From an uncultured Clostridia bacterium (lineage in GTDB: Bacteria > Bacillota > Clostridia > TANB77 > CAG-508): a stretch of DNA of 51,034 nucleotides. Below, one piece after another: positions 30,569 to 41,494 of the stretch (position 1 is its first letter; each line of letters starts with the position of its first letter). The notes under the pieces were generated by a model, which ran no database searches, had not been told where the DNA came from, and saw only the letters and a list, made by a program, of their open reading frames with translations. A program made the translations under genes and the position numbers. The stretch covers positions 1 to 51,034 of the forward strand of contig CANPWE010000006.1 in assembly GCA_947581895.1 (NCBI GenBank). Reading direction: 5' to 3'.

Positions 30569-31975
30569 ATGAGTAAAAAGAAAGAATTAGCATTTAATAC
30601 AATAATAATAGGAATAGGAAAATTTGGAACTCAAGTTGTATCATTTCTATTATTACCTTTATACACAACTGTTTTAAGTACAACAGAATATGGTATATAT
30701 GATTTAATATTAACAATTTCTATTTTTATGACACCAATAGTTACTTTGTTAATGGAAGAATCGATGTTTCGATTTTTAATAGATGCAAAAAACGAAAAGG
30801 AAAAAGGAAGTATTATATCTCAGGTAATAAGATATATTATAAAAAGATTAATAATATTTTCTATTATTGTAATTATAATAGGATGTTTTGTAAAAAAACG
30901 TGACATATATGTTGCATTACTATTTATCATATCTGGTGTAGCTATAACTTCAATAAATGCTATAGTCAGAGGATTAGGGAAAATAAAGCTTTTTTCTATT
31001 ACAAATTTTTTAAATGCATTAGGTGCCATTATTTTAAATGTGTTTTTTATATTAAAATTAAAATTGGGCTATTTATCATTATTATACTCTGCAATAATAA
31101 TAAATATGTTATGTGTTATAATTATTACATATAAATTAAAATTATATAAGTATGTTAGATATAGAAAACAGAATAATAGAATAAGGGAAATGAAAAAATA
31201 CTCTTTACCACTTGTTCCTAACAGCATATCATGGTCAATAATAAATACATCAGATAGACTAATAATATCAGGGTTTTGGGGAGCTGGAGCTAATGGCATA
31301 TATTCTATGGCTAATAAATTCCCAACAATTATGGATACAATATATGGCTTTTTTTATACAGCATGGAAAGAGTCAGCAGCTAAAGCATTGAAAGATGATG
31401 ATAGTTCTAATTTTTATAATGTAATTTATGATACTTTAAAAAGATTATTATTTTCTATTGTAATTGGAATATATGCATGTATGCCATTTGTGTTTAATTT
31501 ACTGGTAAGAAATGAATTTCAGGAAGCATATATTTATATACCAATTTTAATATTGGCAATGTATTATAGTAATATGTCAGGCTTTTATGGGGGAATATTC
31601 TCAGCTTATAAAGATACAAAAATAATGGGATATACTACAATGATTTCAGCAGTAATTAATTTTATAATAAATATTATATGTATTCATTTTATAGGAATAT
31701 GGGCTGCAGCACTTTCAACATTAATTGCGACATTTACTGTATATTTTATTAGGAAAAAGAATATTAAAAATGTAATAATATTAACAAAAGATGCATTAAC
31801 TTTGAAAATAGTAAAAGTTTTTAGTATTATATTTACTATATTTGTGTATTATTCTAATTCTATGGTATGGAATATAGTATCTTTAGTTTATGTATTAGTA
31901 CTTTCTTTGATTATAAATAGAAAATCTATTGAAATGATTATGAATTTTGCAAAAAGCAAATTTTTAAAAAGTTAA
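30569..31975 (+). CDS. Wzx-type oligosaccharide flippase
   Basis: LLLPLYT..LS..EYG, KYSLPLVPN..W....SDR, G-I-Y; many TM helices. Confidence 0.88.
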   Translation: MSKKKELAFNTIIIGIGKFGTQVVSFLLLPLYTTVLSTTEYGIYDLILTISIFMTPIVTLLMEESMFRFLIDAKNEKEKGSIISQVIRYIIKRLIIFSIIVIIIGCFVKKRDIYVALLFIISGVAITSINAIVRGLGKIKLFSITNFLNALGAIILNVFFILKLKLGYLSLLYSAIIINMLCVIIITYKLKLYKYVRYRKQNNRIREMKKYSLPLVPNSISWSIINTSDRLIISGFWGAGANGIYSMANKFPTIMDTIYGFFYTAWKESAAKALKDDDSSNFYNVIYDTLKRLLFSIVIGIYACMPFVFNLLVRNEFQEAYIYIPILILAMYYSNMSGFYGGIFSAYKDTKIMGYTTMISAVINFIINIICIHFIGIWAAALSTLIATFTVYFIRKKNIKNVIILTKDALTLKIVKVFSIIFTIFVYYSNSMVWNIVSLVYVLVLSLIINRKSIEMIMNFAKSKFLKS

Positions 31976-32091
31976 AAAATAATATTTGAATAGTATATTT
32001 GTATAAATAAATTATATGAATGTTTAAAATATAGGATAAATACTCTTATTAAAAATTAATTTTCATTATAACTATATAAGGAGGAAAATAA

Positions 32092-33222
32092 ATGAATTAC
32101 GATTATTTAATAGTAGGATCGGGTTTATTTGGTTCAATATTTGCTTATGAGGCAAACAAAAAGGGAAAAAAATGCTTAGTAATAGACAAGCGTCCAAACA
32201 TAGCAGGAAATATTTATACTGAGGAACAACATGGAATAAATGTACATAAATATGGTGCACATATTTTTCACACAAGTAATCAAGAGGCATGGGATTATAT
32301 AAATCAATTTGCAACATTTAATCGTTACACAAATTCACCAGTAGCAAGATATAAAGATGAATTATATAATATGCCTTTTAATATGAATACATTTAATAAA
32401 TTATGGGGAGTTGTAACTCCTCAAGAGGCAAAGGCAAAAATTGAAAAAGAAAAACAAGAAGCGGGAATAACAGAACCAAAAAATCTTGAAGAACAAGCAA
32501 TTAGCTTAGTTGGAAAAACTATATATGAAAAACTTGTTAAAGGTTATACAGAAAAACAATGGGGGCAAAAAGCAACAGAACTTCCTAGTTTTATTATTAA
32601 AAGATTACCAGTTAGATTTATTTATGATAACAATTATTTTAATAATTTATATCAAGGAATTCCAATTGGAGGATATACAAAAATAATAGAAAAAATGCTT
32701 GATGGAATTGAAGTACGTCTTAATTGTGATTATTTTGAACATAAAGATGAGCTTGAAAATATAGCTGAAAAAATAGTTTTTACAGGTCCTATTGATCAAT
32801 ATTATGATTATAAATTTGGTGAATTACAATATAGAAGTGTTCGTTTTGAAACAGAAGTTTTAGATGTAGAAAATTACCAAGGAAATGCAGTTGTTAATTA
32901 TACAGAATATGAAGTACCTTATACAAGAATTATTGAACATAAACATTTTGAATTTGGTGCTAGCCTTGGAAGAGAAGCAGAAGGTGAAGCTAAAGAAAAA
33001 ACAATAATTTCTAAAGAATATTCAGATACATGGGTACAAGGTAAAGAACCATATTATCCTATAAATAATGAAAGAAATGATAGTTTGTATAAAAAATATG
33101 AAGAATTAGCAAAACAAGATTCTAAAGTTATTTTTGGAGGAAGACTTGGTCAATATAAGTATTATGATATGGATAAAATAATAATTGAAGCATTGAAATG
33201 TGTAAAAGAAGAATTAAAATAA
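32092..33222 (+). CDS. glf: UDP-galactopyranose mutase
   Basis: IVGSGLFG, HKYGAHIFHT, GYTEKQWG, YQGIP, EPYYP, GGRLGQYKYYDMD. Confidence 0.97.
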   Translation: MNYDYLIVGSGLFGSIFAYEANKKGKKCLVIDKRPNIAGNIYTEEQHGINVHKYGAHIFHTSNQEAWDYINQFATFNRYTNSPVARYKDELYNMPFNMNTFNKLWGVVTPQEAKAKIEKEKQEAGITEPKNLEEQAISLVGKTIYEKLVKGYTEKQWGQKATELPSFIIKRLPVRFIYDNNYFNNLYQGIPIGGYTKIIEKMLDGIEVRLNCDYFEHKDELENIAEKIVFTGPIDQYYDYKFGELQYRSVRFETEVLDVENYQGNAVVNYTEYEVPYTRIIEHKHFEFGASLGREAEGEAKEKTIISKEYSDTWVQGKEPYYPINNERNDSLYKKYEELAKQDSKVIFGGRLGQYKYYDMDKIIIEALKCVKEELK

Positions 33223-33381
33223 TTTGTAATAAATTAAAAGTTATAAAATATAATTATGTAATATTATAAAATTTGAATAAGTAAAAATATTACATTAGAA
33301 TTATAAAAAATGATATATAAATGGTAAAATTAAGAAAAATATTGAAAAAATTTGACCAAAATGAAAGGATTGTGTATAATT

Positions 33382-33915
33382 ATGAAAAAAGCTTTATTGG
33401 TAATAGTATTACTAACAATGGCAGTAGGCTGGATGGCTTTAATATATAAACTTTCAGGAATGAATACTCAAAATTCAAATGGAAAAAGTACAGATATAAT
33501 TGCTATGTTTATAGAAGATACATTAGATGTAACAAATGAATATGGAATAACAAGTTCACATCCAGATGCTTCTAAATTAGCTCGTGTATCCAAATTAATT
33601 AATGCACCAATGAGAAAAGTGATGCATGCTTCTGTATATTTAATATTATCATTTTTTATAATATTATTCATGAATGTATTATTTAATAATAAACATTATT
33701 GGACTGCTTTAATAATTACTCTTGTATTATGTGTTGGTTTTGCAATATCAGATGAATATCATCAAACATTTGTAAGTGGAAGAACAGGACAGCCTTTAGA
33801 TGTATGTATTGATTCAGCTGGAGCTATTGTTGGAACTTTAATTTATTCTTCATACTATATAGTTTATAAAAATGGATACAAAAAGGGAATAAATGAATTG
33901 GAGACTGAAAATTAA
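33382..33915 (+). CDS. VanZ family membrane protein
   Basis: RK-x-x-H-x-x-x-Y, AISDEYHQTFVSGR, D-x-x-I-D-S-x-G. Confidence 0.85.
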   Translation: MKKALLVIVLLTMAVGWMALIYKLSGMNTQNSNGKSTDIIAMFIEDTLDVTNEYGITSSHPDASKLARVSKLINAPMRKVMHASVYLILSFFIILFMNVLFNNKHYWTALIITLVLCVGFAISDEYHQTFVSGRTGQPLDVCIDSAGAIVGTLIYSSYYIVYKNGYKKGINELETEN

Positions 33916-33992
33916 ATATGTGGATGGAAATATAAAAAATGGTTTATAGGTAGCCTTATAAAAAACCTAAATATATTTTAGAGGAAAAAATA

Positions 33993-35033
33993 ATGTCAAA
34001 AAAATCGTATAATAAATCAAAAAAAAATAGTGGTTTTAGAGTATTTCTAAAGGTTGTATTAGTATTATTAATAATTTTATTAATATTTTTCGCAGCAATA
34101 ACTGCTATAGCATATAGTAAATTGTCAAAAATTAATTATGTTCAACTTGATAACATCCAGATGAATGAAGGTGTTGCAGAAAAACTGAAAGGTTATAGAA
34201 ATATAGCAATTTTCGGTGTAGATGCAAGAGCAAATACATATAGTAACACAAGAAGTGATTGTATAATTATTGCAAGTATAAATCAAGATAATAATAAAAT
34301 ACGACTAACTTCAATTTATAGAGATACATATGTATATATAGAGGGTCATGGATATGATAAAATTACACATGCATATGCATATGGAGGTCCTGAACTAGCT
34401 ATTAATACAATAAATAAAAACTTGGATTTAAATATTACAGAATTTGTTGCTGTAAACTTTGATGCTGTTATGGATATTATTGATAATATAGGTGGGGTAT
34501 CTATAGAAATTGATTCTGATGAATTAGGATATTTAAATAAATATATAGGAGATATTAATAATGAAATGGGAAAAAATTCTGCTAAAGTTTCAGGTACAGG
34601 TGAACATAATTTATTAGGTGTTCAAGCTTTAGCATATTCAAGGATTCGTTATACATCAGGTGGGGATTTTAAAAGAGCAGAAAGAATGAGAGAAGTTTTA
34701 AATGCAACTTTTTCTAAAGCAAAAACCCTAAGTATTGGTAAATTAAATAATATGGCAGATATTTTACTTCCTAAAGTATATACTAATATTTCTTCAACAG
34801 AAATTTTAAGCTTATTGCCAAGTATTTATCAATATAGTATGGATACAGGAGATGGCTGGCCTTATGATAAAAAGAGTTACAATAATGGAGTATATTATGC
34901 TGCACCTGTTACTTTGGAAAGTAATGTTAAACAATTACATGAAAAATTATTTGGTAATAATGGTTATGAGGTAAGTGATACTGTTAAGAAATATAGTGAG
35001 GAAATTGTTAGAAAAACTGGCTATAGTAAATAG
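33993..35033 (+). CDS. LytR-CpsA-Psr (LCP) family glycopolymer transferase
   Basis: N-terminal TM; GVDAR, RSDCIII, SIYRDTYV, KITHAYAYGG, ALAYSRIR, GDFKRAERMR. Confidence 0.93.
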   Translation: MSKKSYNKSKKNSGFRVFLKVVLVLLIILLIFFAAITAIAYSKLSKINYVQLDNIQMNEGVAEKLKGYRNIAIFGVDARANTYSNTRSDCIIIASINQDNNKIRLTSIYRDTYVYIEGHGYDKITHAYAYGGPELAINTINKNLDLNITEFVAVNFDAVMDIIDNIGGVSIEIDSDELGYLNKYIGDINNEMGKNSAKVSGTGEHNLLGVQALAYSRIRYTSGGDFKRAERMREVLNATFSKAKTLSIGKLNNMADILLPKVYTNISSTEILSLLPSIYQYSMDTGDGWPYDKKSYNNGVYYAAPVTLESNVKQLHEKLFGNNGYEVSDTVKKYSEEIVRKTGYSK

Positions 35034-35037
35034 AAAG

Positions 35038-35077
35038 AAAAATCCAAATGAGACTTAAATTCTCATTTGGATTTTTT
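35038..35077 (+). terminator. Intrinsic terminator
   Basis: AAAAATCCAAATGAGA...TCTCATTTGGATTTTTT. Confidence 0.88.
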
Positions 35078-35208
35078 GGGGTTATAAAATAATTATAAAT
35101 AATAAAAATTTAGTAAATAAAATATTTACAAAATAATGAAAATATGACATAATATGAAAAGAATGAGTCATAATAATAATAAAAATTTATATTAAAGAAA
35201 GGAAAAAA

Positions 35209-36141
35209 ATGGAAGGAAAAATAGCTATATTAATACCATGTTATAATGAAAGTAAAACAATTGAAAAGGTAATTAAAGACTATAAAGAAGCTTTGCCAGA
35301 AGCAGATATATATGTATATGATAACAATTCAAAAGATGGAACAGATGAAATTGCAAAAAAAGCAGGTGCTATAGTAAGATATGAAACAAAACAAGGCAAG
35401 GGAAATGTAATAAGAACGATGTTTAGAGATATAGATGCAGATTGTTATTTGATGATTGATGGAGACGACACATATCCAGCAGAAAGTGCAAGAGAAATGT
35501 GTGAATATATATTAAATGATGATGTAGATATGGTTATTGGAGATAGGTTATCATCAACATATTTTCAAGAAAATAAAAGACCATTTCATAATTTTGGAAA
35601 TAAAATAGTAAGAAGCTTAATAAATAAAATATTTAAAAATAATATTAATGATATAATGACTGGATATAGAGCTTTTAGTTACAAGTTTGTTAAAACTTTT
35701 CCAATATTATCTAAAGGTTTTGAAATTGAAACAGAAATGTCTATACATGCAATAGACAAGAATTTTACATTAAAAGAAATACCAGTACAATATAGAGATA
35801 GACCAGCTGGAAGTGTTTCAAAATTAAACACATATAAAGATGGTTTAAGAGTATTAAAAACAATAGCAACATTATTTAAAGAGTATAAACCTGGTTTATT
35901 TTTTAATGTAATAGCATCAATATTCTTTATAATATCAGTAGTATTAGCTATACCTGTTCTTTTTGAATATTTTGAAACAGGATTGGTGCCACGATTTCCA
36001 ACATTAATTGTTGCAAGCATATCATTAATAATAACACTCTTATTGAATGTAACTGGTATAATATTACAAGTTATTGTAAAGAAACATAGGCAATTATTTG
36101 AATTGCAATTAAATCAGATATGTATATTGAAAAATAAATAA
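35209..36141 (+). CDS. GT2 polyprenyl-phosphate glycosyltransferase (DPM1/GtrB-like) with two C-terminal TM helices
   Basis: IPCYNE, DNNSKDGT, QGKGNV, IDGDDTYP, DIMTGYRAF, GFEIETE. Confidence 0.88.
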   Translation: MEGKIAILIPCYNESKTIEKVIKDYKEALPEADIYVYDNNSKDGTDEIAKKAGAIVRYETKQGKGNVIRTMFRDIDADCYLMIDGDDTYPAESAREMCEYILNDDVDMVIGDRLSSTYFQENKRPFHNFGNKIVRSLINKIFKNNINDIMTGYRAFSYKFVKTFPILSKGFEIETEMSIHAIDKNFTLKEIPVQYRDRPAGSVSKLNTYKDGLRVLKTIATLFKEYKPGLFFNVIASIFFIISVVLAIPVLFEYFETGLVPRFPTLIVASISLIITLLLNVTGIILQVIVKKHRQLFELQLNQICILKNK

Positions 36142-36148
36142 AAAGAAG

Positions 36149-36181
36149 ATAAAGGTATCTATGTGGTTGCCTTTATTTTTT
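36149..36181 (+). terminator. Probable intrinsic terminator
   Basis: ATAAAGGTA...TGCCTTTAT followed by T-tract. Confidence 0.6.
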
Positions 36182-36330
36182 GTATTAATAATATGACTAA
36201 TATATCTGTTTTTGATTTAATATTTTATTGGTTACTATTTAACACTTTTGCAGGAACTAGATTACTCTACAATGTTTTTTTGAAAAAAGCGTTAAATCGT
36301 AACCTTTGTTAAGTAAAATACCAAAAACTA

Positions 36331-36359
36331 TTGAAATAAAAATAGTTTTATAATACAAT
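36331..36359 (+). promoter_or_regulatory. Possible promoter of rpiA
   Basis: TTGAAA, 17 bp, TACAAT. Confidence 0.5.
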
Positions 36360-36424
36360 AAAAAAAAATCAAGAATTTATAAAGGTCAATAGCAAAATTA
36401 AAGTAAACAGGGAGGACAAGTAGT

Positions 36425-37123
36425 ATGACTGTTAAACAGGATAACAAATATAATATAAATTTTTATGGTAAAATAGAAAATATTGAAAAAAAGAAAGAAA
36501 TAGCTAAAAAAATTGCACAAAGAGTAAAAAATGGAGAAACTATAGGATTTGGTTCAGGTTCAACTTCATTTCTTACAGTATGTGAAATAGCTGAAAAAAT
36601 AAAAAAGGAAAATATAAATATAACAGCTATTCCAACTTCATTTGAAATAAAAATGGTGTGTTCACATTTAAATATACCAACAGCGTCTTTAATGGAAAAA
36701 AAACCAGATTGGTGCTTTGATGGAGCTGATGAAGTAGATAAAAATAATTGGCTGATAAAAGGAAGAGGTGGAGCAATGTTCAAAGAAAAATTAAACATAA
36801 AAAATTCACCAATTGCATACATACTAGTTGACGAAACAAAGATGGTGCAAAAATTGTGTAGTAAACATCCTGTTCCTATTGAATGTAATCCAGAAGCCAT
36901 AAATTATGTGAAGCAAGAAATATCTAAACTTGATGTTAAAGATATAAAATTAAGGTTAGCTATGGGTAAAGATGGTCCAATAATTACAGAAACTGGTAAT
37001 CTTATATTAGATGTTATGCTTAATACAATAGAATATAATTTGGAAGAAAAATTGAAGTCTATTGTAGGAGTTGTAGAAACAGGTTTATTTATAGGATATA
37101 ACAATATCATTATTGAAAAATAA
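36425..37123 (+). CDS. rpiA: Ribose-5-phosphate isomerase A
   Basis: IGFGSGST, IPTS, DGADEVD, IKGRGGA..EK, GVVETGLF. Confidence 0.95.
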   Translation: MTVKQDNKYNINFYGKIENIEKKKEIAKKIAQRVKNGETIGFGSGSTSFLTVCEIAEKIKKENINITAIPTSFEIKMVCSHLNIPTASLMEKKPDWCFDGADEVDKNNWLIKGRGGAMFKEKLNIKNSPIAYILVDETKMVQKLCSKHPVPIECNPEAINYVKQEISKLDVKDIKLRLAMGKDGPIITETGNLILDVMLNTIEYNLEEKLKSIVGVVETGLFIGYNNIIIEK

Positions 37124-37264
37124 AAATGTTTATTGAAAATATTGAATAGGTATATAAATTAGTATAAAATATTATAGTATAATTGCTTGAAAATAAATAG
37201 TTAAATAAGTTTATCAGTAATTCTATAAAGCTGTAAAAATCATGTTATATAAAAGGAGGAAAAA

Positions 37265-38053
37265 ATGTATATAAATAACATTTTGTCGAGTTTAAAAAAA
37301 TATAAATTTCTTATGAACCAATTAATTAGTAGAGATTTTAAAGTAAAATACAAGAGATCAATTTTAGGAGTACTATGGAGCTTACTATATCCTATATTGA
37401 CAATGACAGTAATGGCATTAGTGTTTTCTAATATATTTAAATTTAGTACACCTGGAGTTAATTATTTAGTATATTTACTTACAGGTTTAGTAATGTTTAA
37501 TTATTTTAATGAAGCTTCTAATTTAGCAATGAGTTCTGTAGTAGCAAATTTTTCTTTGATAAATAAAATATATATCCCTAAATATATATTTCCAATATCA
37601 AAATGTTTATTTGTTGGAATTAACTTCTTACTAACACTAATTCCATTATATATAATTATATTTATAACAGGAACACCATTAAATATATATCATTTATTAT
37701 TGCCATATTCATTTGTTTGTTTATTTATTTTTACAGTTGGAATGGGATTAATATTATCTTCAATATCAGTATTTTTAAGAGATATGTTTTATATATATGG
37801 AGTTGTTATGACTCTTTGGATGTATATAACACCTATTATGTATGATATTAAAATGATATCAGAGGAATTGCAAATATTTTTTAAACTAAATCCATTATAT
37901 CATTATATTAATTTTGCAAGAAGGATTATTTTGTACAATGAGATCCCTACACCATTTACATTTGTAATATGTGCTGTAACAGCTATTATTACACTACTTA
38001 TAGGAGTAATAATATTTAAGAAGAGTCAAGACAAATTTATTTATTATATATAG
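37265..38053 (+). CDS. Polysaccharide ABC exporter permease (Wzm/TagG/RgpC-like)
   Basis: RDFKVKYKRSILGVLWSLL, YITPIMY, LNPL. Confidence 0.92.
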   Translation: MYINNILSSLKKYKFLMNQLISRDFKVKYKRSILGVLWSLLYPILTMTVMALVFSNIFKFSTPGVNYLVYLLTGLVMFNYFNEASNLAMSSVVANFSLINKIYIPKYIFPISKCLFVGINFLLTLIPLYIIIFITGTPLNIYHLLLPYSFVCLFIFTVGMGLILSSISVFLRDMFYIYGVVMTLWMYITPIMYDIKMISEELQIFFKLNPLYHYINFARRIILYNEIPTPFTFVICAVTAIITLLIGVIIFKKSQDKFIYYI

Positions 38054-38061
38054 GAGGAAAT

Positions 38062-38799
38062 ATGATAAAAATTAATAATGTATCAATGCGATTTAATTTA
38101 GGAATAGAAAAGAATTTTTCATTAAAATTATTTTTTATAAACTTATTTAAACATAAAAATAAAGAACCTAAAAAAGAGTTTTGGGCACTTAAAAATATTA
38201 ATTTTGAAGTTAAGAAAGGTGAGGTTGTAGGTTTTGTGGGGTGTAATGGTGCAGGAAAATCTACTTTATTAAAAATTGTTGCTGGTGTAATGAAACCAAC
38301 CAAAGGTTCTGTAGAAAAATATGGAAATATATGTCCAATGATAGAACTTGGTGCTGGTTTTGATATGGATCTTACAGCAAGAGAGAACATTTATTTGAAT
38401 GGCGCAATTTTAGGATACTCAAAAGATTTTATAAATGAAAAATTTGACGCAATTGTTAAATTTTCTGAATTAGAAGATTTTTTAGATGTTCCAGTTAGAA
38501 ATTTCTCTTCTGGTATGGTAACAAGATTAGCGTTTTCTGTAGCAACAATTGTTGAACCTGAAATTCTCATAGTTGATGAAGTACTATCAGTTGGAGATAT
38601 AGCTTTCAAACAAAAAAGTGAACAGAAAATGAAGTCTATGATTAAGGGGGGGACAACTGTTTTGTTTGTGTCTCATGATATTAGGCAAATAAGAGAATTA
38701 TGTAATACAGTAATTTGGTTAGAAAATGGAATGGTAAAAATGCAAGGGGAAGCTAATCAAGTATGTAATGAATATGAAGCATATATGCTTAACAGATAA
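38062..38799 (+). CDS. Polysaccharide ABC exporter ATPase (Wzt/TagH-like), no C-terminal carbohydrate-binding domain
   Basis: GCNGAGKST, FSSGMVTRLAF, ILIVDEVLSVGD, VSH; only 245 aa. Confidence 0.93.
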   Translation: MIKINNVSMRFNLGIEKNFSLKLFFINLFKHKNKEPKKEFWALKNINFEVKKGEVVGFVGCNGAGKSTLLKIVAGVMKPTKGSVEKYGNICPMIELGAGFDMDLTARENIYLNGAILGYSKDFINEKFDAIVKFSELEDFLDVPVRNFSSGMVTRLAFSVATIVEPEILIVDEVLSVGDIAFKQKSEQKMKSMIKGGTTVLFVSHDIRQIRELCNTVIWLENGMVKMQGEANQVCNEYEAYMLNR

Positions 38800-38835
38800 T
38801 TTAAAAAATATTATAAAGTTAAGGAGAATAATAAA

Positions 38836-40110
38836 ATGAGAAGAATAATTAATGCATTAAAGAAATATGGTTTTATGGTTTTTTTAATCAAACTTTTAAA
38901 GAAGATTGCATATAAAATCTTTAAAAGATTTGATGATTTAGACAGACAAATTGCAGAAAAAAGAGAGAAAAAGAGAATAAATGAAAAAAGTGATGAATTA
39001 TTGTTTCTAGATAAACTTTGTCATAATAGTAAATATAAATATATTTTTGTATTTTATCCATATACAGAATGGAATTTACCAATTTTTCAAAGACCACAGC
39101 AAATTGCATTAGAGTTAGCTAATAGAAAAGATGTTTTATATTTCTTTTGTACAGCAAATTGTATGTATGATAAGATAAATTCATATGAAAAAATAAAAGA
39201 TAATTTGTATATAACAACTGAATACAAATATTTAACAGAAAAAGTTAAAACAGATAAAAGGATTATACATTTATATTCTACAGACATAGTTTCTAAATTA
39301 GATGTTGTTACAGAGGCAATGGAAAGAAATGATAAAATATTATATGAATATATAGATGAAATACATGAAGATATAACACAAAGTGTTCCTAAGGACTTTT
39401 GGGACAAGCATAATTTTATAATGAAAAATGAAGAGTGTTATATTGTAACTACAGCAGATAAATTATATAATGATGTCAAGAAAATTAGAAATAAAAACTT
39501 TATTTTAGCTACAAATGGTGTTACTTTAGAAGATTTTGTTATTGATGAAAAAATGGAAACACCTGAGGTAATTACAGAATTAAAAAACAAATATGATAAA
39601 TTAATAGGTTATTATGGAGCTTTGGCAAAATGGTTTGATTATGAACTTTTAGATAAGGTTGCAAAAAAATATCCAAATTATGCAATTGTTTTAATTGGAT
39701 TGAAATATGATGACTCATTAGAAAAAAGCAAAATACTAGATAATACAAATGTCTATTATTTAGGAAAAGTAGAATACAAACAATTAATAAACTATTCTTC
39801 AAAATTGGATTTATTAACAATACCATTCTTAATAAACGAAATTACAGAATCAACTTCTCCTGTAAAGTTATTTGAATATATGGCAACTCAAAAACCTATT
39901 TTAACTACTGCAATGAAAGAGTGCAAAAAATATAAGAGTGTAAATATTGCAAATTCTCATGAAGAATTTATAGAAAAGATACCTGAGGTATTAAAATTAG
40001 AAAATGATGAAGAATATAAAAAAATATTGATGAAAGAAGCAAAGGACAACACCTGGAAACAAAAATCAGAAGATATCATAGCACTATTAGGAGGGGAGAG
40101 TAAAAAATGA
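38836..40110 (+). CDS. GT-B fold glycosyltransferase (TuaH-like)
   Basis: QRPQQIA, YEYIDE, IGYYGALAKWFD, TSPVKLFEYMA. Confidence 0.85.
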   Translation: MRRIINALKKYGFMVFLIKLLKKIAYKIFKRFDDLDRQIAEKREKKRINEKSDELLFLDKLCHNSKYKYIFVFYPYTEWNLPIFQRPQQIALELANRKDVLYFFCTANCMYDKINSYEKIKDNLYITTEYKYLTEKVKTDKRIIHLYSTDIVSKLDVVTEAMERNDKILYEYIDEIHEDITQSVPKDFWDKHNFIMKNEECYIVTTADKLYNDVKKIRNKNFILATNGVTLEDFVIDEKMETPEVITELKNKYDKLIGYYGALAKWFDYELLDKVAKKYPNYAIVLIGLKYDDSLEKSKILDNTNVYYLGKVEYKQLINYSSKLDLLTIPFLINEITESTSPVKLFEYMATQKPILTTAMKECKKYKSVNIANSHEEFIEKIPEVLKLENDEEYKKILMKEAKDNTWKQKSEDIIALLGGESKK

Positions 40111-41486
40111 ATTCAAAAAGACTAAAGATACCAAGTATTTTTATATATTCATTACCTGTATTCTTTATATTTACAATAATTTTATTAGCATATTGGCCAG
40201 GAATATTAGTAAGTGATTCAATGGTACAGTGGAATCAAATACAAAATTGGCAATTTGATGATTGGCATCCAGCTTATAATACAATTTATATGGCAATTTT
40301 AACTAAAATATGGAATAATCCAGGATTTGTACTATGGATTCAATGTTTGTGGATGTCATTAGCTATAGGATATTTTTTTGATAGAATACAAAAATACTAT
40401 AATGTTAATAAATATTTTTTATTAATAATGTCAATAATATTTGCTTTAATACCTTTAAATTATAATTTTGCTGTAACATTATTAAAGGATACAATATATT
40501 CTACATTTATTATATTTTTGACTGCACTAGTAATTGATATCATAAATGACAAAAATTTCTTTAAAAATAAGTTAAAATGTGCATTTTTATTAATAGTATG
40601 TCTTGCAATCTCATTGTTTAGACATAATGGTGTTATTGTTGTAGCATTAATGGGAATTGTTTTAACTATAATATATAGAAAGCAAAAACTTTCATATATC
40701 GTTTTTGGAGGTTGGATAATAATATATTTATTGATGTCTACACTTGGATTTAAAATATTAAAAATACAAAAAAATGATTATGCTAACAAATATGGACCAG
40801 TCTCACATTTGATGGCAAGGATGTTAAATACTGAAGGAGTGGAATTTACAGAAGAAGAATTAAAATTGTTATCTGAGTACACAGATATAGAGCAATTAAA
40901 AGAGACATTTAATGTATATAATATGGATTATAGTATTAATTCACAAAAGATAGAAAAATTAAAAGAAAGTGGAAGTGAGTACTTAAAGTTAGGACTAAAG
41001 AAAGCCTTGCAATATCCTGAAGTAGCAATAAAACATTATATTTATTTAACATCATTCTTATATAGTCCGATACCTTTTAAGGATTCAGGTGTAGTTGGAA
41101 TGTTTATCGAAACAGATTTATGGGTATATAATGATAAATATCCAAATTTAAATGAAAATTCAAAAATACCAAAGCTTTTACCATACTTAAAAAAAGCAGA
41201 ATTAGCATATCAATCTAAAAAAATAGAAAATATTACAATGAGACCTGCCTTATATATGTATTTGAGTATTGCAATGATTTTTGTAATTAGTTTAATAAAG
41301 AAAAATAAAAAAATATGGTTGATTATATTACCTACTATTTTTAATATAATAAGTTTAGCACCTGCTATTCCAGTTGCTATGACAAGGTATGTGTATGCAA
41401 CAATGTTTGGTTTCTTTTGTTTTGCAATATGGTTTATATATGAAATATTCAATGTGATAAAGAAAAAATATGGTAATGAAAATTAA
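40107..41486 (+). CDS. Multi-TM GT-C-like membrane protein (DUF6020-like)
   Basis: YWPG....DS..Q, DWHP, KD, FRHNG, RY motifs and ~11 TM segments. Confidence 0.65.
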   Translation: MNSKRLKIPSIFIYSLPVFFIFTIILLAYWPGILVSDSMVQWNQIQNWQFDDWHPAYNTIYMAILTKIWNNPGFVLWIQCLWMSLAIGYFFDRIQKYYNVNKYFLLIMSIIFALIPLNYNFAVTLLKDTIYSTFIIFLTALVIDIINDKNFFKNKLKCAFLLIVCLAISLFRHNGVIVVALMGIVLTIIYRKQKLSYIVFGGWIIIYLLMSTLGFKILKIQKNDYANKYGPVSHLMARMLNTEGVEFTEEELKLLSEYTDIEQLKETFNVYNMDYSINSQKIEKLKESGSEYLKLGLKKALQYPEVAIKHYIYLTSFLYSPIPFKDSGVVGMFIETDLWVYNDKYPNLNENSKIPKLLPYLKKAELAYQSKKIENITMRPALYMYLSIAMIFVISLIKKNKKIWLIILPTIFNIISLAPAIPVAMTRYVYATMFGFFCFAIWFIYEIFNVIKKKYGNEN

Positions 41487-41494
41487 TTATATAT